64,000 nt of DNA from Cyanophora paradoxa CCMP329 (GCA_004431415.1 QPMI01000435.1:62001-126000); one strand, 5' to 3'. Shown: positions 1 through 11,200, counted from the first letter of the stretch. Notes: generated by a model not told the origin, from the sequence alone. Program-made: numbers and translations.

Positions 1-795
1 CCAACTATCATTAGCAGCACCTGCGAATCACGTTTTGCAGCATGCTACCTTTGATGATGTAGAAGGTCTCCAATCCACAGAAGTGCAACCTACCATGAAT
101 ACATTTGGTTCCACCCACAAACTGAGATTGCAGGAACTCAGGTGTGATAAAAATAATGGTATAGTTAAGACAACGAAACTCCTTGTCACAAATGCAAACT
201 TTTCTGCCCACTATGGAGACCCAGACAGTTATGGTGATCCTCTTTCTACTTATTCTTTTGAATCTCGGTCGGGAGCTATTAACTGCAAAACGGGGGAGCA
301 TATATTGGTGATGGTCTTCGGATTGGTGGAGCTGTTGGTGCGCCTCTTTTCGTAAATGATCAACCCAATCCCATTGATCCCAACACCAGAATTCGCACCT
401 ATGTCCCCAGTATGAATGCACCATATATTATCAAGATCTTCCCAATTGTTGTGAATGAGCAGACATCAGTAGTTGATTCTCTTGTTGAGATTGGTGACCA
501 CTACAAGGTGGTTGTCGATATCCCACCAGATGTTTATGCTGTCTGTCAAGTAGAGGGTGGAACCCCAAATATTGCAGTTGTGATCACTCCATATGACAAT
601 TTCGGAATCGCTTATCATGGTGTGAATTTCGGTCTTGAAGATTACCAGTTCTTGGTGAGAGCCACCAGATTTGGTATCTACAAATGCATTCTCTATGCTG
701 AGAGAACCGATGCTATTGCAAAACAGAATACATATGCAGAATATTACGGCACAAATCGCTACTTCCCCATTTTCGGGCAGGATACTGCTCCATAG
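1..795 (+). CDS. C-terminal part of a fibre-like virion protein (ORFs 35-355 and 412-795 joined across a probable 1-nt deletion at ~295)
   Basis: Frame is open from the window start (HATFDDVEGLQ). Adding one G to the G5 run at ~292-296 gives GAINCKTGGAYIGDGLRIGGAVG, a fibre-type glycine repeat, and runs in frame into the ATG at 412. Confidence 0.5.
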
Positions 796-822
796 AAATC
801 TCAGGTATATATAGAGAGAGGG

Positions 823-1095
823 ATGGATGATAAAACAAAGAAATTCATAGAGTCTGCAATGATGGTTCATGGTGATGCTAAATTCGATTACAGTGAGACA
901 GTCTATAAGAAAGCACAAGAGAAGGTCTCTGTTAGATGCCTCAAATGCAACAAGATCCTCCAAACCTACCCATTTAATCATGTAAGGGGAAGTGGATGCA
1001 GAGAGTGCAACAAGAAATCCTCTCATGCTTACAGAAAAAAGACTACATCAGGAATTGTGATAGATGATAAACCAGTAGTATTATATTTTGATTAG
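823..1095 (+). CDS. Small zinc-ribbon protein (DUF723-like, of the type associated with viral endonucleases)
   Basis: HGDAKFDYSETVY...KVSVRCLKC...HVRGSGCREC pattern. Confidence 0.6.
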   Translation: MDDKTKKFIESAMMVHGDAKFDYSETVYKKAQEKVSVRCLKCNKILQTYPFNHVRGSGCRECNKKSSHAYRKKTTSGIVIDDKPVVLYFD

Positions 1096-1280
1096 ATCTT
1101 TGAGAGAGAAATGAGGATCTTTCCCCATTTTCCCTTTGTGATTATGCATGTATCAAAGCAGTTTGGACAGGTCTTGTGGTAGTGCAGCAGAATGATATCC
1201 ACCAACTCATATGGTAGCACTCTTGCTAAGATGGTTCGCATTCTACCAATCGCGTTTTTTAATTTTTCTAAATTATTCAT
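1092..1280 (-). CDS. Small hypothetical viral protein with a CxxC motif
   Basis: 62-aa ORF tightly packed between neighbouring genes; LPYELVDII...CPNC. Confidence 0.35.
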   Translation of the reverse strand: MNNLEKLKNAIGRMRTILARVLPYELVDIILLHYHKTCPNCFDTCIITKGKWGKILISLSKI

Positions 1281-1282
1281 AA

Positions 1283-1684
1283 ATGAATACTCATCGAGGC
1301 TTCCATGTGATGCTGGATTACAAATTCAGAACCCAATTAGCAGTAGGAATGGAGGACTTGGAGACAACAACCAGGTGGTTAATGCAGTTCTTGCAAACTA
1401 TTATTCAAGAGCAAGGTATTCGAGTAGTTCACAAGCATTGCGAGATTTTCGATGGTGGTATTTCTCCTCCTGGTTTTGCAATGGTTCTTCTGCTGGATGA
1501 GAGCCATTGCACTGCTCATTGTTACTCAAATGAAGGTATGTTGGCGATTGATATATTCAGTTGTGGATTAGAAGCAGAGAGGAAAACCACGAGAGTATCT
1601 CATGAGATAGATGAGAGAATAACAGGTGTGTTTTCAGGGTTGGAGAAATCGGAGAAACATAGAGTATTGCGATTTCCGAGTTAG
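1283..1684 (+). CDS. speD: Pyruvoyl-dependent S-adenosylmethionine decarboxylase family proenzyme (class 1b-like)
   Basis: RGFHVMLDY...LLLDESHCTAHCY...GMLAIDIFSCG: E|SH self-cleavage site, downstream His, and Cys in D-I-F-S/T-C-G; 133 aa. Confidence 0.9.
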   Translation: MNTHRGFHVMLDYKFRTQLAVGMEDLETTTRWLMQFLQTIIQEQGIRVVHKHCEIFDGGISPPGFAMVLLLDESHCTAHCYSNEGMLAIDIFSCGLEAERKTTRVSHEIDERITGVFSGLEKSEKHRVLRFPS

Positions 1685-1785
1685 TTGACACTGAGAAATT
1701 CAGAATTTCAGATGGTCTTACTGAAAATGGTCAGATAATCGGGTGTGACACCTATTTAATTGACTGTGACGCCTCTTTAATTGAC

Positions 1786-2179
1786 TGTGACGCCTGTGAC
1801 GCCTGTGACGCCTACTTTCAAACTTTTTAAAATTTTCAAAAATGACAGACTTCTTAAAACAGCCGTCACAGCCGTCACAGGCGTCACACCCAATTAAAAA
1901 TGGAATCTCTTTCTCTTACTGAGATATTCAAAAATATATTCTTGTCTTACTGAAATCCGTCTTGTGACACCTCTGACACCTACAAAACACTATCCATTAA
2001 TCCACCTTTCCGAAAATGCGAAGTTGTCTTACTGGAAATGGTCTGCAATTTCGCTGTGACACCTAATTTAATTGAGTGTGACGCCTGTGACGCCTGTGAC
2101 ACCTACTTTCAAACTTTTTAAAATTTTCAAAAATGACAGACTTCTGAAAACAGGCGTCACAGCCGTCACAGGCGTCACA
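1786..2179. repeat. Duplicated module (1786-1888 and 2077-2179): three TGTGACGCC repeats facing three inverted G(G/C)CGTCACA repeats across a 49-bp AT-rich core
   Basis: Read directly; the two copies are 291 bp apart and nearly identical. Confidence 0.9.
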
Positions 2180-2325
2180 GACATTCCACCCCTCTTACTG
2201 ACTTTCTCAAAAACAAAACTATCTCTTACTGAATATCATTTGAATACTACCTGTCACACTTGATCTCAATTATTCTGTTTTATAGAACATATGCAATCTA
2301 ATCGATTGTTCAATTGGAGACCATG

Positions 2326-2758
2326 CAACTCTGTGACACTTTTTCGGTGCAAAAATGTAAATCCGCAATTCCATCGATTGTTTAATTGGACGTGATGCAG
2401 TTCCGATATATTCCAATAGAAAATCCCGCAATCTGATCGATTGTTTAATTGGACATAATGCAACTCTGTGACACTTTTTCGGTGCAAAAATGTAAATCCG
2501 CAATTCCATCGATTGTTTAATTGGACATGATGCAACTCTGTGACACTTTTTCGGTGCAAAAATGTAAATCCGCAATTCCATCGATTGTTTAATTGGACGT
2601 GATGCAGTTCCGATATATTCCAATAGAAAATCCCGCAATCTGATCGATTGTTTAATTGGACATAATGCAACTCTGTGACACTTTTTCGGTGCAAAAATGT
2701 AAATCCGCAATTCCATCGATTGTTTAATTGGACATGATGCAACTCTGTGACACTTTTT
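2326..2758. repeat. Two-unit tandem array (72-bp A and 63-bp B, order A-B-A-A-B-A-partial) sharing the core ATCGATTGTTTAATTGGAC
   Basis: Read directly; units are near-identical. Confidence 0.9.
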
Positions 2759-3150
2759 GCGTTTTTCGATACAGAATGGGCGGTGGTCTACTTCAATACC
2801 AGAGAGATATATCGAGTTTATGCGAATTTATGCGAATTTATGCGAATTAATCGCGATTATATCGTTCTTTAAGTAGTTTAATGTTAATCAATCGAAGTTA
2901 TATATGTAATCGACAAAGAACATAATATATCGATATAATATCGATCGAATCAATCGTGAATATGCATTAAATTAAACGCGTTTATCATTTTTAATACAAA
3001 GTTTGCATTAATTTATACAAAGTTTGCATAAAAAGTTAAAGAAATTAATCGATAAATATGTATTTTAGTAGTTAAATTAACACATATTGAAAAACGAATT
3101 TAAATCCAGAGTGAATCGAGATCGCGAAGCGATCGAGATGAACGAGGGAT

Positions 3151-3411
3151 TTAAATTCGTTTTTCAATATGTGTGCAGTGCGAGCATATCTTCGATTGTA
3201 CTTCGATCTTCGGACGCGTTTTTAACACGAAATGATAAAGGTAATTGTGATAGTCTCGGTCGCAAACTTTGCACCTCCAATTCAAAAGTACATTCCCTGA
3301 GCTACGCTTTTGCAATGCATAACTCGATGCCGGTTTTACCTTATCGCAAACATTGCACCGCTTACTCTCAGGTAGATTTACTTGATTGCTTGCCATTGTT
3401 ACATTATACAT
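3151..3411 (-). CDS. Small Cys-rich zinc-finger protein
   Basis: KRCNVCDKVK...WRCKVC...KICSHC, a CxxC-CxxC pattern common in large DNA virus proteins. Confidence 0.5.
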   Translation of the reverse strand: MYNVTMASNQVNLPESKRCNVCDKVKPASSYALQKRSSGNVLLNWRCKVCDRDYHNYLYHFVLKTRPKIEVQSKICSHCTHIEKRI

Positions 3412-3446
3412 TCGGGATATCTTTAAGTGGGGATCACCTGTTTATT

Positions 3447-3779
3447 TGGTGGGGTTTACCTGGATTTTTCAATTTGGCTAACTGAAAACAGTCCGGAAAC
3501 GATCGGGAACATTTCGTAAAAATGAGGGTCTTACTGTCCTTACTGAGAGATCGGGGGAAAGTTAAAGGGCTTACTGGGAATGGTAAGGAATTAGAAAAGT
3601 GGAGAATTAAAGGGTTTCGTGATTGGTTTCAGTAAGGAGAGGTTAGAAGTCTGAAAAATACAGTGTGGCTCAGTGCGAATTTGTGATTTTGTGACTGAGA
3701 TTCGTGATGCTGAAAATGTGCTTATTGAAAATGGTCGCGGGAAGGTCGCGCAATTGGTGGGGGCTACCCCCAAGCGAGC
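3447..3779. repeat. Terminal repeat of PLV-A (part homologous to the PLV-B TIR)
   Basis: Shares long blocks with 27241-27584 (e.g. GGAAACGATCGGGAACATTTCGTAAAAAT, GGGTCTTACTGTCCTTACTGAGA, GCGCAATTGGTGGGG, CAAGCGAGC). Confidence 0.85.
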
Positions 3780-4672
3780 GGCCCCTCACGGCTCGAGGGC
3801 GCCAGGGGACACAGCGTTTGCCCCGAGAGGGCCTACGTATGCCTTCCCTCGCCGACGCCGGTACGCCGGCCCGCTCGCGCTCTTCGCCGCCCGGCCGACC
3901 GTACCCCGCGCAGCACGGCGCGCCCTCCGCGAGGCGCTGCGCTGCCCTATCCTGGAGCGCGGCCTCGATCTCGCGGGCCCGGTGGAGGCGCTGCCGGCCC
4001 CGCGCCGTGCGCGAGCTCCGGCCGCGGCTCCGATCGCGCGCTCGTGCGCATCCTGCCCCACGCCGACGCCGGCCCCGGCGCCGGCGACCCCGGCCACGCC
4101 TTGGAATTCGAGGTGTGCTTGGGCGCCGCCCCCGGGCCGCCGGCGCCCCTCCTTCCCTTCCTACGATGCCCGCTCCACGGCAGATGGAGCGCCCCGCTGC
4201 GGAAGTGAGCGCCTTCCTGAAACAGGAGCTCGAGGCGCCGGGTGCGGCTGGAGCTTCCTTTCCCTCGCCCCCCCCCCCCCCTCCCCCCCCTCGAGATCGA
4301 GATCGCGATCGCGACGCCGGCGGTAGAATACGGCGGGGCGGGCGTGGAGCTGCCGGGCGGCTGCATCGCGGCGCCGGCGATGGAGCGTGTTGTCGTCTTC
4401 GGCCGCTTCCGCGCGCTCGAGGCCGCCCGCCTGCCCGACGAGTCCGTGCGGGTCTGGGAGCGCGCCTTCGCCGCCGGCCTCTCCCCCAGCGCCATGTCCG
4501 CCCTCGCGCAGGCCCGCCGGCGCCTTCGCTCAAGTCGCCCGCGGCTCGCGATCGGCCCCTCACGCGCCCGGCGCGCAGGCCGGGCGCCGCCTGGAGATCC
4601 CGCCTCTTATCGACTTCGCCCTGAACGCCATGTCCGGAGCGCTCGCCCGTACGTTCCCGGCGCCGGCCTCTC

Positions 4673-4678
4673 TGGGCC
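4673..4678. repeat. Left target-site duplication TGGGCC of PLV-B
   Basis: Identical 6-mer immediately after the right TIR (27585-27590). Confidence 0.95.
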
Positions 4679-5239
4679 GCTCGCTTGCAGGTAGACCCCA
4701 CCAATTGCGCGCCCTCTTCTTTCCTTCCCCACTACCATTCTCAGTAAGCCCATTATCCATTTTCAAATTTCTCAGTAAGGCTCAGTAACAAATTATAAAT
4801 TAGCACTGTATTTTTCAAACATCTAACCTCTCCTTACTGAAACCAATCACAAAAACCTACACATAATCTTCTCTCTAATCCCTTACCATTTTCAGTAAGC
4901 CCTAAAACCCTCTCTCGATTTCTCAGTAAGGACAGTAAGACCCCTATTTTTACGAAATGTTCCCGATCGTTTCCAAACTGTTTTCAGTTACCCAAATTGA
5001 AAAATCAAGGTGAACCCCACCGATAGAGAACGATAATCGACAAAGTACGACGATAGACCACGATTAATTGATTTATCGGAAGCAATGAAAAATAACGAAA
5101 GCAAGTTTGTGCATGAGCAAGCATGCGGAAATGCCCACCTGCACAAACTTGCGAGATCAAGGTAAGCCCCACCGACAAAGTACGACGATAGACCACGTTA
5201 AAATAAACTCGCGCCCCGCCCACTATGCAAGATACATGC
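4679..5239. repeat. Left TIR of PLV-B (561 bp, begins GCTCGCTTGCAGGTAGACCCC)
   Basis: Reverse complement of 27024-27584 with no mismatch noticed. Contains multiple CAGTAAG/CTTACTG motifs, a 25-bp direct repeat (5038, 5173) and a 13-bp stem (5101-5152). Confidence 0.95.
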
Positions 5240-5496
5240 AAACTACATGCGAGTTGTATGAAAAAATAACGATTTAGTCATGTATATATTTCGTGTATAT
5301 GTCCGAACCTCCGTGTGTGTGATCCCGCACAACTTTGCATTTTTTGTTTTTTCTTTTTTTCCGCATATTTCGACATATACATATATACACCGGCGTCACC
5401 GACACATTCGGGGTCATCACATCGCGGCGATTCCGAAAACATATAGCATGCCACAAAGTAGTATTTTCACTTATGTGACCAATCAGAACCGATTGC

Positions 5497-5642
5497 AGGT
5501 CAGGTCAGGACAGGTCAGGACAGGCTAGGTCAGGACAGATCGGTTGGCTTGTCGTTTTTTACGTCAAGGAGACAAATGGGGTATCGGAAAGGAGACGAAT
5601 GGGGTATCGGAAAGGAGACAAATGGGGTATCGGAAAGGAGAC
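5497..5642. repeat. Subterminal short tandem repeats: (CAGGT/CAGGA)n and ~3 copies of AAGGAGACRAATGGGGTATCGGA
   Basis: Read directly. Confidence 0.8.
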
Positions 5643-6111
5643 ATTTTTGACTTGAAAAAGTTTTTTACTGTCAGCTATAACATGAAAAAACAAAAAGACT
5701 CTCAATCCGAAAAAACAACATATATATATTGCACCGGCGATCGCGACTCGGCGGCGACCCCCCCTTCCGTTTTTCCCGCATAACTTTGGACAGGAAGCCG
5801 ATCTCGGCGCGCTCTCAATTGCTACGTGCTCGTAACTTGCTTCCGGGCATGATGGTTATGCTTTGACTAGCTTAGCCCACCGTGGAGCGAAGAGCGACCT
5901 CGATTTCTGCACAAGTGCCCGAAAACCGAGGTATGCGCTACATTCTGAGCGCCGGCGCGCGTTCCCCTGAGGCTACACTAGTCATACTTTGCATCCGTGT
6001 GCGTATAGAGTAGTTCTACGCTACTACAAAGTGGCGCGGTCTGATTCGCAAAGGGCGCGATTTGGCGGCTACGAAACCACATAGCTCACAAAAATATCGA
6101 CTTAAATAATA

Positions 6112-6504
6112 ATGGATTCCCGATACCGCGGCTACCACGTTATGCTCGACTATATAACCGACCCGTTCACCGAGTCTCCGGAGGCATGCGCCGAGTGGAT
6201 CACAGCGAACCTGTCGCAATATATCACAGATCGCAAGATGCGCATCGTGCACCAGCACACTTGCATTTTCGATGGCTCTATTTCCCCTCCCGGTTTCGCG
6301 ATTGGCTTTCTATTAGATGAGTCGCATGCCACAGCTCACTCTTATAGCGACCAGGGGCTATTAGCGATCGATATCTTTACATGCGGCTCAAATGCCGAAG
6401 CGAAGACAATGGGTATAGCACAGGACATTAACGATCTCATACAGGAAAGGTTGAAAGTGCGAAAGTGGGACTTACAGGTCGAGCAAAGGTTCCCAATTTC
6501 ATAA
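6112..6504 (+). CDS. speD: S-adenosylmethionine decarboxylase family proenzyme
   Basis: RGYHVMLDY...FLLDESHATAHSY...GLLAIDIFTCG; clear homologue of 1283-1684. Confidence 0.9.
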   Translation: MDSRYRGYHVMLDYITDPFTESPEACAEWITANLSQYITDRKMRIVHQHTCIFDGSISPPGFAIGFLLDESHATAHSYSDQGLLAIDIFTCGSNAEAKTMGIAQDINDLIQERLKVRKWDLQVEQRFPIS

Positions 6505-6529
6505 AAAATGAAAAAAACGACAGATATAT

Positions 6530-6844
6530 TTAATGCTCCTTGATCGGAAACTTGCCCATTAGCGGGTGATCGAGACCCATGACATACCAGGATTTCATAA
6601 CGGGATCCCAGCGGGCTTTCTCAGCCTTCGCTTGATCCTTAAATTCATAAGGAATATCGAGGTAAACCTTCAAGTTTCTTTGATACACTTGCTCATAGCT
6701 TAAAGTCTTGAACTGAGAGCATAGAGAGTGATCTTTCTTCGTGACATACCAGCATGAATTCTCACGATCCCACTTTCCACCGAGGGATTTCGCAACGTCT
6801 TTTTTATCATACGGAATGTCCACGAAATGCTTTTCACCCTCCAT
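6530..6844 (-). CDS. Protein made of two tandem DUF5710-like domains
   Basis: VDIPYDKKDVAKSLGGKWDRENSCWYV and LDIPYEFKDQAKAEKARWDPVMKSWYV. Confidence 0.75.
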   Translation of the reverse strand: MEGEKHFVDIPYDKKDVAKSLGGKWDRENSCWYVTKKDHSLCSQFKTLSYEQVYQRNLKVYLDIPYEFKDQAKAEKARWDPVMKSWYVMGLDHPLMGKFPIKEH

Positions 6845-6858
6845 CTCTTTTTATATTT

Positions 6859-6878
6859 ACCGGAGAAAATAATTTCGG
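6859..6878 (-). promoter_or_regulatory. Putative viral promoter motif ATTTTCTCCGGT (copy 1)
   Basis: 14 nt upstream of the ATG at 6844; 20 nt identical to the copy at 12616-12635. Confidence 0.65.
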
Positions 6879-6884
6879 GGTTTG

Positions 6885-8264
6885 TTATGAACGAGATGAC
6901 CGAAGAATGCGCGTAGTAGGGGCTGTATAGCTTGCGCTCTGATTCTTGAATGATTTATACCACCTCTGACTGTTTACCTCTGAGAGCTTCTCAGTGCCGG
7001 CAATCGTGAGTTTCGCAAGCTCTCTTAGCGCCCTCTTTGTCTTTTCTGCGCGATCTTCCAATAATGCGCCTTTTGGAACACTTGCGGCAACATCTATTCC
7101 TTCCTTTTGAACCTGCCGGATCGAAGCTGCCTCTACATCAGCCGCTAAAATAGCGTTGCTCGATGGCTCCACCACAGCCTCGACCTCTGTAATGATTTGC
7201 AATTCGTGCGGCTTAAAAAGCTTCGGCATAACGTTCCCCGCTGCATCTTGCACCTCTATCGCGTTTCCTCTCCTTCCCGCAATTTTGTAGACCTCTCGGC
7301 TATACCTTTGAGTCGCCCCTTTATCGAATTTTGATCTCGGCAATAACAGGCGGACGTGGAGACCCGGCTTAAAGTCGCTGAATATATCCTTTACGATTGT
7401 GTTCTTCCTTGAAATAATAGCCGCTCGGATCCGCTCCATATCAGAAAGCTTAACATCTGCGGGTTTCATTCCTATGGTTCTGTGAATGGTGTTATTATAA
7501 TTGAAAACGAAGTCGTCCAGCTTGTCCATAAACCGCACAGTATTATATGCGACACAGTAATTGTTTATCATCGTTTTTAGGGTCAAATGAAAGCGATTCA
7601 TTATTCCCAGCGAAGTGTGATCTCCGACCTGTTTAAAGCGGTGCTCTATTCCATTGCTTTTAACGACCTCCTGAAACTCCTTCGCGATGAATTCTGAGCC
7701 GTTATCTGTCTCCAATCGAATCATCGGAGCCGGGAGCTCTGTAAGCATCTCCGCAAAAGCGGCGGCAACACTTGCGCCCTCTTTGTTCTTTAACTTCTTG
7801 GCATATGCTTTTCGGCTTGTCATCTCGATGAGAGTAAGGACTGCAATGTAGCCGGAATTATAGCTGCCATATGAGAGATAAAAGATGAGATCGGCTTGGT
7901 AGCACCACAGCGGGCTGTGATGGGAATAAAAGCTGTTTGGGTCGGTGCGGGGGCTTCTTGTTGATCTGCATAAATTCTTGTTTCGCTGCGACATCTTGCA
8001 CTTCTTTTAATGTGAGGGTCTTGTCCTCTTTTCTCAGCTCTTCGTATATCGCGGACGGGTTCTTAAAACCTGTCTTCGGGTCATACATGCGTCGCACGAT
8101 CTTAGAGGACGGGTTAGCAATGCTAAAAGGAACATCTCCTAATAAATTTGATTTTGCTTGGCGTTTTGTGATTTTTTGGGGACTTGCTCAGTTTCAGGAA
8201 CCGCGATAGGTAGAATGGTGGTCTCCGTTTCCTCGCCCGCTACCCTTCTGACGATCCGTGACAT
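6885..8264 (-). CDS. Retroviral-type (rve) integrase of the Polinton type; 5' part broken by probable homopolymer indels (~8175, ~7937, ~7912)
   Basis: MYDPKTGFKNPSAIY N-terminal motif; YQADL and LETDNGSEF catalytic Asp motifs; YNNTIHRTIGMKP; GLHVRLLLPRSKFDKG...YSREVYKI C-terminal motif. Confidence 0.9.
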
Positions 8265-8282
8265 TCTTCTAATTAACCCTGT

Positions 8283-11200
8283 TTATTTTTTGCTGCAATT
8301 GCACCCGTGATGCGCGAGTTGACAATTGTCTTTAAGATGTGGGCGCTTATTATTGATGCGATCCACGACGAGCCTATAATTCGGATCTTGCGGCTCAATC
8401 GGAATCGGAAGGGAACAGATCGCACAGGCGCCCTTCTGTTGCTTCTTGCGCTCTAATATCCACTCCGGCGTAATATAATCCGCTTCGTTGAAATCGCGCC
8501 CGGCACGCTGATCCTGGCATTTATATCCGCGGATCTTCGTTTTCAGATATTCGATGTAGTCGCTCTTTCCTTGGAACTTGTGAATCGGTGTATAAATCAG
8601 CACAGTGGACAGATCGCGGTTACGAGTGAGAGCGGTATAGAACCATTCGCGAGTGGTATAGCGGAACGTAGCCTCACAAATGACAATGCCCGAATCAAGT
8701 GTGAGACCTTGCGTTGAATGACCTGTTCCTGCATAAGGGAGAGAAAAATGTTCTAACATCGCGCACGGAACCTCGAACGTGACGCCATCGAAAACGTCAG
8801 TTAATGTGACCATTTGCTTGGTGATTTTGGTGATTCGATAGGTGTAATTCGTGTATGCATTAATAGACTCACCCTCAGACCGCGAAATGCGTAGATACCT
8901 GCGACAAACGACTTCCAGACCCTTGTAGAATTTGATGCCATTGACCTCTACGGTTGGGATATTTACTTTCCGTCTATCGTGCATCAGTTTGTTATAGGCT
9001 AAGGTCATTTCGTTTCTGTAAGCGATGCCAAAGTAGCCGTCGGGAATAGCGTTTAGATCATTAATTGTCGGTAAGCCGTATTTTGAAATGATCTGTGAGG
9101 CTTCGAGTCCGTTTTCGAAGAGATCCTCTTTAATCGCCCGAATTAATTCACGGTCTGTCTCCTTCTTGTGCCGCTTGTTAATGCGTAGACTCAGGACGTT
9201 AGGGAACATGCTCTGCACAGCGCGCTTATAGTAGCCCTTGCGATCAGAAACCGATAGCTCATCATTAATCGGTTCGTTCTGATAGGTATCGCCATTAGCC
9301 AAATATTTGATATCCGGATAGCGATCGATAAACGACTTGATCTTAGCGAGATCTTTTACGGAATACGCGAATATCTCGTCGAACATAATGTGACTGAACT
9401 CGGAGACGAACGCCCTCTGGTCGTTTTCGCTCATAGCCTCTTCGTAGGTCTGATCATTTGAGACACGGATCCCGAGAACATTATACAAAGTGCGAACGGT
9501 GATATTCTCGATTCCGCGGACTTTGAGAGAGTCCCTCAGCTCTGCGCACTGTTTGTTATAGGGGCAAATGACTAAGCAATTTGACTTTTGAGAGGCAAAG
9601 CAATTAATACCGAGGGTCGACTTTCCACTTCCGGGCATGTCAGCAAGGACAAGCATACGATTATGGAGCTCCGCAACCCAATTAAAGCACTCCGGATTAA
9701 ATTCGTCCCTCAGCGAGAACCGGTTAATGAGTGTCTCGGGATCCTGAAATTCGAGAGTTACACCCCGTGGTGGGCGGAGTGCATTCTCAGGGCATCTTTT
9801 CCCGGGAATATAGCTGAATTTGCCCATGTTCTCAAACGCATTTCGGTCGAACTCTTTCTTACTTGTCCATGAACCTTCGATATATAGGCAATCCGTTCTG
9901 ATCCCGGCAACCTTGTGCCCGCGCGCTGTCAGGCGCTTGTATTGCGCAAACATATTAGCACGGTTGCGATCGTAAATATGAAAGTGGATAGGAAGGAATC
10001 CGTTAACGAGCTCGCGGTGGGAGCTGATCTTAACGAAATAGATGTGACCTTCGAATTCGCTAAGAGTTTTGACACGTTTCGAATTCTTAGGATTGAAAGT
10101 AAACACCTCTACTGTTCCTCCGCATTCTTGGGCGAACCTCTCAGCCTCGGCACGGTTGTAGAACATTTTCGTGGATGTTTGCGAGTCTTGGAATTTGCCG
10201 AGCATTCCGATCTCTTTCACTAAAATATGCTTCTTATCTGTGGTTTGAATGTCGCTTGACAGCACTTTTTGCATCTCAGCGATCGACGTATTGGGCACCA
10301 AATGCGAAGGCTCCGCGACCGCGATAATCTCTATCTTGTCCTTTACGTCCGCCCAATGCATGGAGAGAGTGTAGCCTGTCATGAAATTATAACAGCGACC
10401 ACTCACGGAAAATGCGCGATCCAGAATAATTTCGATTCCATCAATCTTGCGAGACATGGCGGCATCATAATCTACATCCTCATCGTCGGCGAAAGTCGCT
10501 TGCTCTCTCTCAAACGCAACGACACGCACGTAGTAGATCGCGTATTCGAGAATATCGCTTCCCGCTTTAAAGGGAACGAAGTCATCAAACACATTGTATT
10601 TCGGAAGATATTGCATGCCTTTCAGTATCGAAGGGTAGCACTTCGCCATATCGACAGCTGTGTAGGTGGCTTTCGGGTTCGGCTTATAGAAAAAGCCGCT
10701 TAGTGCGGATCGCTTGTAGTGCGTGAGAATTTCGCGCATGTTCGGGCTGTAATGTGAGATATTCGTCGCATTTAGAAGCGACTCCCGGAATCCCTTCCCG
10801 ATTTCACAGACCTTATTATAATACTCCTCTGTTTCGAAATCTTGCTCAATAAAGTGGTCTGTTGTGCGTGGATCTTTGATAGAGAACATCGAGCCATTGG
10901 CTTTGAATGTGATGCTGTCGATCTGTTTCGATGGTGTTAGCTTCACAGCGGGCTCATATCGCATTTTCAGGAACGTAAATAGAAGACCTTCCAGACCTTC
11001 GCGCCCAGTATAAAGAATGCGGATGAAACTGCGCTCGTCGGGCGATAGTTTAAGTTGCGTGATCTTTAACAAATCCTTGGATGTGTGCGCGAAGATATCG
11101 TGAGTAAGACACGTCGGAATTTTATAGAGTGCTAACGAAGAGGTCGACTTAGGAACATGATTATCGAGCTCTTCGACCTCCATCTTTGCCATGCGCATTT

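Larger units (their letters stand above)
1..3779. mobile_element. Right end of an endogenous Polinton-like virus (PLV-A), related to the element at 4679-27584
   Basis: AT-rich, intronless, densely packed ORFs. About 330 bp at 3447-3779 are clearly homologous to the outer part of the PLV-B right TIR and end in the same ...CAAGCGAGC terminus, followed by an abrupt switch to GC-rich host DNA at 3780. Left end lies outside the window. Confidence 0.85.

Noticed and set aside
2326-2758. CRISPR-like array
   Set aside because: Only two recurring 'spacer' types, no cas genes, eukaryotic viral context; it is a tandem repeat.
3670-4788. Named host gene in the inter-viral spacer
   Set aside because: Several overlapping GC-rich ORFs with no recognisable motif; product cannot be supported.
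5005-5241. ORFs in the TIRs (also 27040-27258)
   Set aside because: Mirror-image products of the inverted repeat with no protein-like features.
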